Assembly: GCA_963514005.1 (NCBI GenBank)
Contig: OY740818.1
Span: 21,390,001-21,454,000, forward strand
DNA from: Raja brachyura
Taxonomy: Eukaryota
Length of the DNA stretch: 64,000 nt
Reading direction: 5' to 3'
Shown here in pieces: positions 25,353 to 36,766 of this stretch. The notes under the pieces are model-generated. The model had not been told where the DNA came from. It saw only the letters and a list, made by a program, of their open reading frames with translations, and did not search any database. Position 1 is the stretch's first letter; every line of letters begins with the position of its first letter. The translations under genes and the position numbers were made by a program.

Positions 25353-26613
25353 AAGTTTGCATTTTTGCTCCTCACGCGCACAGTTAGGTGCCCTACTGAA
25401 TCGGGTCTTTACTCGTGATTCTCCAGAACGTGATCAATAAAATCTTGCAAGGTTTTGATAGTTGACTGTGCAACCAAAGTGGTCTATTGATTGCCATGGG
25501 CACAGAAAGAGAAATTCTCCTGGTTTTGGAGAATGAGCAGAAGCAAAGCCAAGCCTGCAGTTTTTTTTGTTCCATGTGGTTGTGAACATTGAAGGTTGGT
25601 GCCAACGGCTTACCAGCAGTGAAAGGAAACGTGGCAATTGCCAAAGTTGCAAAGCCTAAAAGCTTAGAAGGACTACGTTTCTTGCTGCAGAATTAAGTGT
25701 AATTCCTTCCAGATCTTGCAAAGGAGCTCACACTAATCAATCCTTTGTTGAAAAGGAATGTGGAAGGGAGGTGGAGCCAGAAGCAAAAACATACTTCCAA
25801 TAAACACATGAAGAACTAGCAAATTAATCTCTCTATGTACGTCATAATATTTTTGGTAAGCTGGAGTTGGCATGTAACGTATTGAGTCATGGTGTAGTTA
25901 CGATTGTATGACATATGATGTATAGGGAGCAAGAGAAGCACATCGCTCTTACTTATTGTGCTGTCGAAAAGTGCAAATGCAATTACGTGCAGGTTGGGAT
26001 GGAAGGGAATCTTGGAAACAATCTTTCATTCAATGTTATAGGCAGAAGGTAACCCATCATCCACAACAGGGTGATAGGTTCAGCAATCCATCTTGCTCCA
26101 GGGTGATTTGCTTCCTCACCCCTTCTGAGGTTTCTGAGAGGAGTGAGGAGGCCAGTGTAGGCCCTGCAGACACTACAAGCGGGCTAGAGGAGCTTGGCAG
26201 AGCTCACGGGTGAAAAGTGTAGGAAGGAACTACAGATACTGATTCACTTCAATGATTTGCTTCCCAGTTCTTCAGACAAAGGGTAATTTTCTCACCCTTG
26301 ATAGACACAAAAAGTGAAGTAGGGTTTCGACCCAAAACGTCACCCATTCCTTCTATCCTGAGATGCTGCCTGTCCCACTGAGATACTCCAGCAATTTGTG
26401 TCTTTCTCACTGCTGAAGATATGGTGCAGTTTATATAGTAGGTTTATAATGTGCTGCCAAGGCAAGGATGTATCCTGAATGCCCCTTCTCTACTATTGTC
26501 CAGGAGTAGCTAGAGGTGTTTGAAATTCTTTAAAGGCCCTTTGTGAAAATACTTTCATCTTTTCTTCTGTTCACCGGGCAATCATTTGCTCTGACAAAGA
26601 TTGGAAAGACTGG

Positions 26614-26748
26614 AGTCTGAAGAAGGGTCTCGACCCGAAACGTCACCCATTCCTTCTCTCCAGAGATGCTGCCTGTCCCGCTGAGTTACCCCAGCATTTC
26701 GTGTCGATCTTTGGTTTAAACCAGCATCTGCAGTTCCCTCCTACACAT
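26614..26748 (+). mobile_element. Penelope-derived terminal fragment with the best-preserved hammerhead-like motif
   Basis: CTGAAGA (26617-23) A GGGT-ctcg-ACCC GAAA CGTC (to 26644). Confidence 0.8.
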
Positions 26749-27099
26749 TGGAAAGAAGACTTTATTTCAGGAATCTGATACCAGGCAAGCAAAGGACATG
26801 ATGTTAGATGAGAAAGTAGGAAGCACGCATTGACGAATATGTTCCAGTCAGTGCATCTAAAATCAAAGACAAGAACCAGAGAGACTCAATGGTAAACTGA
26901 GTCTATGAACAGGCATTGAGAGGATCGATAGAATTTGCCCAGTGCATAGTCAGAGAACTGTTCCACAATCAATGCAACGATTCTGTTCTATTTCATAATG
27001 TTTGCTGGGTAATTGGATTGGCAGATCACTGTCAGAACTAGTTCTCAAGTAAACTAGGAGATGCACATGGAGATCTTAGCTCTTCTGTAGTATGTTCAG

Positions 27100-27392
27100 A
27101 TTAGTTTAGAGATACAGTGCAGAAACAGGCCCTTCTGCCAACCGAGTCCAAGCCGACCAGCGACCCCCGTACAAATACTATCCTACTCACACAAGGGGCA
27201 ATTTACAAATTTACCAAGCCAATTAGCCTACAAACCTGTACATCTTTAGAGCGTGGGAGGAAACCGGAGCACCCGGAGAAAACCCACGCAGGTCACGGGG
27301 ACAAGGTACAAACTCTATACAGACGTCACCAGTAGTCAGGATTGAACCCGTGTCTCTGGCGCCGTAAGGCAGCAACTCTACCGCTGTGCCAG
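27100..27392 (-). mobile_element. HE1-like V-SINE, near full length
   Basis: Reverse complement with head, B box, V-domain and tail. Confidence 0.9.
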
Positions 27393-28084
27393 CATACTGG
27401 CTACGGTGCATAAACCTACGTACTTCAAAGTCCAAATGCGCTAACTAAAGGAATCTAGCAAGGCCAGCATCATCAGGGCAAATGAGATTTGGATGGATTA
27501 TTCCAAAAACATATAAAATTCCATATTTGTTCACGGATGATGAAGATCACAATCCAAACCATTGCTTGACAACACTTTCAAACTGACAGTTTCTGTGGTT
27601 CAGCGTGAAGGTTGGCCATGACTAAACCTTCATGGTGATCGCTATCACCATTCTATGTTCCCCAAGTGAGCAGCATCATAGGGGTTTAGCAAGGACAGTT
27701 CAGGAAGGTCCCAAGTGATGAGGTGATATTCCAAGCACAGCATGAAACACTACAGTCAATTTCTTACCAAATAACCCTGCATGCCATCAGAAAATCTTTA
27801 TCCTACTAAATTTGGCTTCTAGAGTTGAATAGAGACAGCCGAGTCAAAAACCTCATGATGACATTAATCTAAAGAAAATAGTTTCAGTAGTCAAATGCAT
27901 TCCTGTTTTGAGTCCGTTTTATAAGTCAATCCCACACAAAGAGGTGTGAAGCTGAACAGAGATGGATGACTGGCATAGCAGTTCCGTGTGTTAGAGGTAT
28001 AATGGGCACAGGAATCTGCTGCCCAGTGAATGTTGTACCCAGATTAAGATCTTGATTTTCAAACATTTTTTACCCCACTTGGTC

Positions 28085-28418
28085 AGTTTAATGGGCCAAA
28101 TGCGGGCAGATGGGACTAGCACAGATGGGGCATCTTGGTCATCATGGGCAAGTTGGGTCGGGGATCCTGTTTCCGTGCCGTATGGCTCTGTGACCAATGG
28201 CTCTGGTAGCACATTGAAGGCAGTGCTAAGAGATAGCTCCTGAGGTTTTCAAGAGAGAATTAGATTTAGCTCTTAGGGCTAAGGGAATCAAGGGATAAGG
28301 GGAAAAAGCCGGGACGGGGTACTGAATTTAGCCAATCAGCCATGATCATAATGAATGGCGGTGCTGGCTCGAAGGGCCAAATGGCCTACTCCAACACCTA
28401 TTTTCTATGTTTCTATGA
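28085..28418 (+). mobile_element. Two CR1-clade LINE 3' tails
   Basis: Tails ending tatggctctgtgac (~28195) and ttctatgtttctatg (~28418). Confidence 0.8.
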
Positions 28419-29998
28419 AGTCTGTAAAGTGCTCCACATTTTCTAGGATCTCCAAAGCTGGATGTCAGTGATGTACAGTGATTAATCTACATAAGATGTT
28501 TAAGAAAGAACTGCAGATGCTGGAAAAATGGAAGGTAGACAAAAATGCTGGAGAAACTCAGCGGGTGAGGCAGCATCTATGGAGCGAAGGAAGATAATCA
28601 TTCACTCGCCTGTTTGGTTCACACCGCTGAGCCACATATACAAGGTTTGATAAGAAATGATCAGGAAACAGATGAGCTTTCCACAATCACACTGTTACTG
28701 CTGCTGCACACGGACATCTTGTATATGTTGTCGCTCCTCCAATATAATGTATTTAGCCACCAACCAAATGTCTTGCATGCTTGACAGAATAATGAGTTGG
28801 GCTCCATGGGCCATTAACATTTTTGCAGTTTAACTTATTCAGAGTTCAATGGTATAATTGTGTTGATGAATGCATCTTTAGTTTGCACTAATGCAAAAGC
28901 ACTTGCATCAATCATTTCAACAGAAATTGCTGTCCTGCTGAAAGATAAAAACACTACCATGCAAGTAAACCAATGCTCACCCACTTGCCAACATCGCCCC
29001 TTCATTTCCAATCTCTCTCTAAATAATGGAACACCAGTCAATTATGATTTCAATCTGCTACCAAACTAACCCATATTCCTTGGAGAGAAAGATTTGTTAG
29101 CATTATACTGTTAAAGCTGTAGCTCCAGTCCAAACCAAGTCACTCAAATGTCAGGATAATTAAACAGTAACTGTGAAACTTGGTCGAGCAATTGATGAAT
29201 ATGCTGCCCTTTCACCTCGGGGTTAAAGATCAAATTCAATTTGGGCTGCTGGGATGAAGGCTTCATGTCTCTGGGAGATTTGATAGACACACTCACCCTT
29301 GATTCTGTTGTGGGTGAGCCCACATCCAAACTAATGGACAATGTCTAGAGCATGAGCTAACCATCCCATTGACTGTGAAAAAATGATAATATTGAACTGA
29401 ACATGTGGGGTTTCTGTCTGGTTATAAATATAAAAGCATGACATTTCAAGCCTGCATACAGGACCCTCAAGACAAACCTCCTCTCACTGATAATTGTGTT
29501 ATGTGCGATGGTGAGAAAACTCGGAGCTGGATTTCGCTGGAACTATACTGCTCCATGGGATTGGCAGCCACAGTTTGCCCATGTCCCCTTCTGATCTCAT
29601 TGACCTTGATTGACATAAAAAGCTGGGGTAACTCAGTGGGACAGGCAGCATCTCTGGAGAGAAGGAATGGGTGACGTTTCGGGTCGAGACCCTCTCATAC
29701 TATGGGGTCCAGCACCAAGTCCACAAGCAACTGAACAGCAAACTGTATTCACCTTTACTGCAAAGCTAGCCCTTCAACAACCCACACAGACTGCAGACGA
29801 GCATTGCCAGCTATTAAAGTCAGCACTAATCATAATGGTTATAAAAATGGTCAGTGGACATTCAGTAACTTTAAAAAAAAAACTATTAAAGTTTAACCAG
29901 ATACATTTTCAAAATATTAAAAGCAATAAACTATAAACTGACAAATAATGAAAGTCTTTAAACTAAATAAATATAGTTTAAAAAACCCTGTAATTTAA

Positions 29999-30352
29999 CA
30001 GCCCAGTGGTATGAATGTTGATTTTCCTAACTTCGGGTAGCCCGGCATTCCCTCTCTCTATCCCTCCCCCACCCAAGTCGCACCAGCTTCTCATTTTCGC
30101 CCAACAAACAGCTAACAATGGCCCGTTTCATTTATCATTGTTACTTTTTTGCATATCTTTCATTCATTGTTCTTTATTTCTCTACACCACCGTCTATATC
30201 TCTCGTTTCCCTTATCCCTAGCCAGTCTGAAGAAGGGTCTCGGCCCGAAATGTCGCCCATTCCTTCTCTCCAGAGATGCTGCCTGATCTGCTGACTTACT
30301 CCAGCATTTTGTGTCTTCAATTTAAACAAACACCTGCAGTTCCTTCCTACAC
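29999..30352 (+). mobile_element. Penelope-like element 3' end: ORF C-terminus, 3' UTR and hammerhead-like motif
   Basis: 29999-30040 translates QPSGMNVDFPNFG*, matching the QPxG(M/L)N..F end of Penelope GIY-YIG ORFs. A pyrimidine-rich UTR follows, then ctgaagaagggtctcggcccgaaatgtc at 30227. Confidence 0.8.
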
Positions 30353-30729
30353 TTAACGTCCCCATGTTGTCCTAGGTGTTGGTCCTTGGTGTCCACCTGA
30401 CTCAGGAGCCAACAGCACCAAGCTGGAGCGTACCTGCATATCAGATCGTTTCTGGTGAACCTGGGGGGATCTCCAGCTGTGAATGGGCTGAATCAATATC
30501 CAGGTCTACCGCCTCTGATAACGCACACAAGGGAATTATGGATACATTACAAACATTATAATTAACAGCACAATCCAGTCCTTCACTAACGAGTTCATGA
30601 AACGGGATTGTAAAGAATTGCTGAAGCTGATAATGGAAAACTCTTATTTCTTTTGTTTAATTTCAGATTCAGATTCAATTTTAATTGTCATTGTCAGTGT
30701 ACAGTACAGAGACAACGAAATGCATTAAT

Positions 30730-31022
30730 TTTGAGATACAGCGCAGAAACAGGTCCTTCGGCCCATCGAGTCCACACCGACCAGCGATCCCCGCACATTA
30801 AAACTATCCTCCACACACCAGGGACAATCTACATTTATACCGAGCCAATTAGCCTACAAACCCGTACGTCTTTGGAGTGTGGGAGGAAACCACAGATCTC
30901 GGAGAAAACCCACGCAGGTCACGGGGAGAACGTACAAACTCCGTACATTCAGGCACCCGTGGTCGGGATCGAACCCAGGTCTCTGGCGCGGTAAGGCAGC
31001 AACCCTACTGCTGCGCCACCAT
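30730..31022 (-). mobile_element. HE1-like V-SINE, near full length
   Basis: Reverse complement of the family consensus seen elsewhere in the window. Confidence 0.9.
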
Positions 31023-31838
31023 GGCCGCTTTTGATAAAGGAAAGGGAACTGGAGTGTAGGGCTCATGGTGTGTTGTGTGCCATCTAACCTGACACCATGG
31101 AGGAATCACCATGAGCAACGATGTCCCCCTCATCACCTGGTGAACCGCCAGTGAACTAGATGTGTGATTTCAAACCATGGTGTCAGGATGAGTAGGGATC
31201 TACAGAATGTGCCAAACTATTTAATCTTTCAGCTTTTAGATTCTTTAATGCTGAGAAAATCTGAATCACATTCAATTTGTGTTAGATTAAAATAACATTT
31301 TGTCAGTTCGTCTAACAGCACATCCCAACTATGCACACTCCAATCCTGATAAAACATAATTGACCTGCCATGTTCTACCAGTGTGAGATTCACCGCTGAT
31401 TAGGGCACTTGGTTAATGGGAGTGGATAGCATTGGTAATCTGTAATCAGCTACTCACAGCAGGTCTCCCGAGTGACAACAGTAAAAGGGAAAGATATTGT
31501 GCTGAATCAAGGTGCCTGGACACAGGTAATGGCAGGAACAGTAACATTATACTACTGCTGCACACACAATGCCATTTGGCTAGGTATGAGTCCCTGTAAT
31601 CATAACTCGCACAAAATAATGAAATTAGCCCCATACTATAATATTCAGAAATATCAGGAAAAAGGTCCATTTTTTTTCATTTGGAATAACAACGCACTAT
31701 TCATTCTGACACACCCATTTATTCCAATTCTGTATTCATTAACTTTACTTCACTTTAAGTTGGATGTAAACCACCCTCTCCGTGATCCCCTTAAAGAGAT
31801 AATTACAGCTTGTCCATCCTCTGTAGGAAGGTGTAGAT

Positions 31839-32762
31839 CAGGGGTGGGGAACCTTTTCATGTTGCAAGGCCACATTAAGTCAGCTGTAATCTCATAAGGC
31901 CACGTCCAAGAAATTTAAATTAGATGTACTTCAAAATGTACATTATTTTGTAACATTTTGTGACGTGATGGGCTTTTAAGCAGACAGAATTACACAAATA
32001 AGCTGTTTAACGATTCTCAAATTCAATTTCAAACGGAAAGCCACGTGCACCGCTATCAAAAGTTGATAATACTGAAGACTGGATGGCCAGCGGACTCTCC
32101 CCGACATTTTCCCTCTCGTCAACCAGCCTCAGGCGGTGGAGGCGCCAGTCGGGCATGGAGGCTAACGTACATTCTAGTCATGTTACAACTAAATCATGAG
32201 TATAACAGGTGCTAAAATAGCCCTCACGACTTACTAATGTTTTAATTGTGGCCGTCAGTCGGGGAGGATTATTTCGATGAATCTTCTTTTACTATTTGGT
32301 ATTTTAAATACGTTCATTTTAAGATTAAAATTAAAATATTAAAAGACGAACAAAAACATATGAATAAAAATAAAAGGATTTGTTCTACAAAATTTGGAAG
32401 CATTCAAAAGGCCGCACTTTATGGCCTAGAAGGTACATTCCAGCGCCCGCCGGGGCCTCCAACGTTGTGACTTTTGCCTAGAGCGGGGCCGTACATCGCC
32501 CGGCGCGGCCTCAATTGCCACGGGACTTAACACCGCCCGCCTGGGGCTTCGAGAGAGAAGACTTTGCCTTCCATCACAGTGAGGAGGAGATTCACTGTGA
32601 TGGATGTTTGTGTGAATTGAATTGTTGTGTGTTTTTTGTTTTAATGAATTGTTCTATCTGTATGGCATGTAGAAACGGAGTTTCGTTTGAGCCTCTGCGG
32701 TTCCAATGACAAGTAATAAATTCAAAAAATCAAAAATAGAAGGCCGCAGGTTCCCACCCCTG
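31839..32762. mobile_element. Non-autonomous hAT (Charlie-like) DNA transposon
   Basis: TIRs caggggtggggaacct / aggttcccacccctg with an exact 8-bp TSD gtgtagat at 31831-31838 and 32763-32770. Confidence 0.92.
32434..32736 (+). mobile_element. Retroposon nested in the hAT element
   Basis: 7-bp duplication tagaagg at 32427-33 and 32737-43. 3' end aatgacaagtaataaa plus A-rich tail. Confidence 0.7.
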
Positions 32763-33454
32763 GTGTAGATGTTAGGTATTGTTACTGCAGTTCAGGAACC
32801 AATATCATCAACTGCTCATCCACTTAAGTAAATTTGTTAATTAGCCATTAAGAATTAATTTCCCCTCAAATATCTCCAACATGGCACTGATATTTTTTGG
32901 TGATAATTATTTTTAAGATCTGAACTCTAATGGCTAAATGGGAATGGCAGGATTGTGGATATGGAGCATGCTGTTGATGTTCTCTAGATGTTGAGAGGAA
33001 TTGTGGAGCCCAGGTTATTGGGAACAAGAGACGGATGAGTATTCACTAACATGTCCCGGAACATTCACCTGGAAGATCGCCCCCGTGCATCCCCAACACT
33101 GGACAGGGTGAGGATGTGCTCCTGTGTAAAATCACAATGCTCTACAATGCATCAAACAATTTCACACGCTATGGTAAAACAATTGTGCCCGCCTAATTTT
33201 GTGGCAGTGTCCACACATCTAAATATCCTGGATTAAGATAAACTGGACGTTACCAACAAATGACACCAATGACCACACGACAAAAGTACCGGGTGATGGA
33301 ACTCCCATGTCAATCGCGTCTACACTGTGAACCACAGGGCAAACCAAATGTTCGTGGCACACCAATGCCAGTTGAATAGCAAGAACAAGATGAATAACTG
33401 GACAATTGTTTCTTGGGTTCAAATCCTGCACCAAGCAGTGGGGTTAGGTGTAGA

Positions 33455-33575
33455 TGTTTGTTTACACCAACGATAGACACAAAATGCTGGAGTATTCCCA
33501 AAATGTTACCTATTCCTTCTCTCCAGAGATGCTGCCTGACCCGCTGAGTTACTCCAGCATTTTGTGTCTATCTAC
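33455..33575. mobile_element. Penelope-derived palindromic fragment
   Basis: gatagacacaaaatgctggagta ... tactccagcattttgtgtctatc. Confidence 0.75.
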
Positions 33576-33583
33576 AGGGTTAA

Positions 33584-33766
33584 AGGGCCTGTCCCACTTG
33601 GGTGTCATTTGCGCGTCACGCAGATGCTGCACAAAGATTTTGTACTTTCCAAAATCCTGGGGCTCCGTCACGCACCATACGTGCATCACCTGCGCGTAAC
33701 AACGCATTCGCTGTGCGTTGTGACATGTAAATGACACACAAATGGTGCCCAAGTGGGACAGGTCCT
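33584..33766. mobile_element. MITE with gggcctgtcccactt TIRs
   Basis: agggcctgtcccacttggg ... cccaagtgggacaggtcct, flanked by taa/tta. Confidence 0.88.
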
Positions 33767-34354
33767 TTAGGGTTTGCAATGTAGGCAGCAAGACGAGGCA
33801 CGGGCAAGGTGCAGGTAGCTCAGACTCACTGATTGTCCTGTGCATCAACAGTGCCTTGCCTACATAGGGTGGGCAATCAAGACTGATGCACTTAATCGGG
33901 TCAGTTATGCAACAAATTGTGAGCAATGGTTTCACGATTTGGCTTCAGCTTCTACTTGTTCACATTTTGGATGGATGTCCCCTCATTTTATTGCCACCCA
34001 CACCAAATCCCTCTCTTCTCCCTCTCTGTTTGGGAACATCATCTCCCAGCTGCCTCGATGAACTGTCAGGAATATGGTTTGTAGAATATCTCATTCTTGG
34101 GATCAAGGCAGCAATGTAAACACAGGAAACATCCCTTCTGAAAACGTGTCACGTTATTTTCAATACAGAGAAATATGGAGTCCCCGCAGGACCCAACACA
34201 AATTATTGAAAGCCAAAATACTGCTTTGTTTGGGGAGATCTTTGGCTGCCGATAAGGCAATGCAAAACAGAACTGTCAGCTTTTCAAAATAGTTGATTAA
34301 ACTGAAGGTTATATGTGTGAGAAGCCCGATGTGATTTGTCACAACTGTTACACA

Positions 34355-34765
34355 AAGGCTGGGACTATTCCTTGGAGCGCAGGGGGATGAGGGGGGATCT
34401 TTTAGAGGTGTATAATATCATGAGAAGAATAGATCGGGTTGGTGCTCAGTCTCTTGCCCAGTGTAGGAGAATCAAGGACAAGAGGACGTAGGTTTAAGGT
34501 GAAGGGGAAAAGATTTAATAGGAATCTGAGGGGAAATGTTTTCATACAATGGGTGGTGATGTATGGAACAACTGCCAAAGGAGGTAGTTGAGGTTGGGAC
34601 TATCACAACGTTTAAGAAACAGTTAGACAGGTACCTGGGTAGGGTAGGTTTGGAGGGATATGGGGCAATTGCTGGCAGGTGGGACTAGTGCAGCTGGGAC
34701 ATGTTGGCCAGTGTGGGCAAGTTGGGCTGAAGGACCTGTTTCCACGCTGTATCACTCTATAACTC
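34355..34765 (+). mobile_element. CR1-clade LINE 3' fragment
   Basis: aggctgggactattccttggagcgcagg...ctgtttccacgctgtatcactctat. Confidence 0.85.
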
Positions 34766-36123
34766 ACAGACATGGACCTACTTGCTTGGCATTCCAGTTT
34801 CCCCTACAAAAGAGAAGGTAAAGGTTGATATAAGCACAACCTGAAGTGTGGAGAGTTCCTGATTTCAGTAAGTGCGTTCTCTTTGAAAATAAATTCTCCC
34901 CAAATCCTTGCTATGCCCCAAGTAATTATTACACTGGCCAGTCAGCGGCACCCATGCTGTGATCTAAGTGAAAATTGTGTTGCAATGTAAGAGAATTGCC
35001 TGGCCAAACTACATAGAGTGCTAACAATACTGGGGTCCACTGAAACCAAGCCAAGTAATGATATAATGACCTTTAATGAGCATCTGGGGAAGCTATTGAG
35101 TACCGCAGTAATAGACAAAGGGCAAGAAACATCATAGCTGAACTGACACTAATTCAAGCTGATTGTCAAAGCAGCTGAAGAATGTAAGTAAGGAAATGTG
35201 ATCTGTACGTTTGACCTGCCTTTGAGTCCAACCCCCAGTGCTGCCATTTCTAATTGTCAGGTCGTCAACATTTCACATCTGCTCATATTAATTTAATGAA
35301 AATCTAATCCTCACCCCTCACTGTCCTTGTTTCACAAACTAGTTCAGGCCCTGAGCTACACTGATTTCATCTGTGCGTTGGGCACTTATTGTTCCTACTG
35401 CACTTATCACTTCCTACGGCACTCATTGTTCCCACTGCGTTATCCATGAGCCACTTAATCAGTCTACGGAACGGAACTCGTGCCCGAAGAGAAGGAAGGT
35501 TTAAAGTGTCAGCGGCTATAGGGCGAAGGCAGGAGAATGGGGTTGAGAGGGAAAGATAGATCGGCAATGATTGAATGGTGGACTAGACTTGATGGGCCAA
35601 ATGCCCTTATTCTGCTCCTAGAACTAATGAACCTGTGAGGTGCATCAGTAACTGGGTGGAACCCTGGGAGGCTGCAACTTAAATGAGTCAAATACCAATT
35701 AAACCACAATACAACAGTGGCTGGAGATGGGAAATAAAAACAGTAAATGCTGGAAATTGTCGGTAAGTCTTTCAGCATCTATGGAGAGAGAAATATTATT
35801 CACCAGCAAGACGTCCCTAAACTCCCAGTTGCATAAAAACAACTGGTTTGATCATCGACTTTGTTTCACTCTCCACAGATGCTGCCTGGCCTGTTGAATA
35901 TTTCACGCCGTTCCTATTTTTATTTTAGATATGCACTTTCATACCGAGTGAATAAATAAAAAATTGAGCGCAGTTGCATTATGTTGCATTTTAGAAAACC
36001 CAGCTGATGTAGAGTAAAACACAAAGTACTGGAGTAACTCAGCAGCTCAGACAGCATCTGTGGAGGGAATGAACAGACAACGTTTTGGGTCAGGACCCTT
36101 CTAGCAGTTCACGGAGAGACTCA

Positions 36124-36766
36124 AGGCCCTGTCCCACTTTCCTGAGTTACAGCCCTGTCCCACGGTACAAGTTTATTCCAAGAGCTCTCCCGAGTTTTAA
36201 AAAAATCAAACTCGTGGTAAGCACGGAGAATGAACGTAGCGAGTATGTCGGAGCTCGGGGACGTTTCTTAACGGCTCGTAACGCGAACAGCAGGTAATCG
36301 GGAAGACTCGCTAATGGCAGGTAAGCACGGGAAGACTTGTGAAGATTTTTCAACATGTTGAAAAATATCCACGAGAGCCCCGAGTACTGACGAGTGGCCA
36401 TTACCGTAAATCTCCGAGTTTGAATCAAGGCAAACTCGGGAGAGCTCTTGGATTGAACTCGTACCATGGGACAGGGCTTTGACTCACAAATTCTCCCGAG
36501 TTTTCCCCTTGATTCAAACTCGGAGAATGTCCGTAGCGAGTCCGTAGGAGGCCGTAGGAGTCCGTAGATATATCGTAGTGGCTCGTAATGCCAGCCATTG
36601 GTACTCGGGGCATCAGGTAAGTCGGGACGTTTTTTCAGCATGATGAAAAATGTCCACTAGTTTAAAAAAATAGCCCCGAGTACCTACGGCTGGCGATTAC
36701 TGTAATTCTCCGTGTTTGAACCAAGGGGAGAATTTGTGAGTAACTCGGAAAAGTGGGACAGGGGCT
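36124..36766. mobile_element. MITE (ccctgtcccac TIRs) containing a nested related MITE at 36151-36478
   Basis: Outer TIRs ccctgtcccactttcctgagttac / gtaactcggaaaagtgggacaggg. Inner TIRs agccctgtcccacggtac / gtaccatgggacagggct. Confidence 0.88.

Noticed and set aside
31458-31515. Exon-like unit with a gtgagt donor
   Set aside because: Neither acceptor gives a symmetric phase-1 exon (58 or 44 nt).
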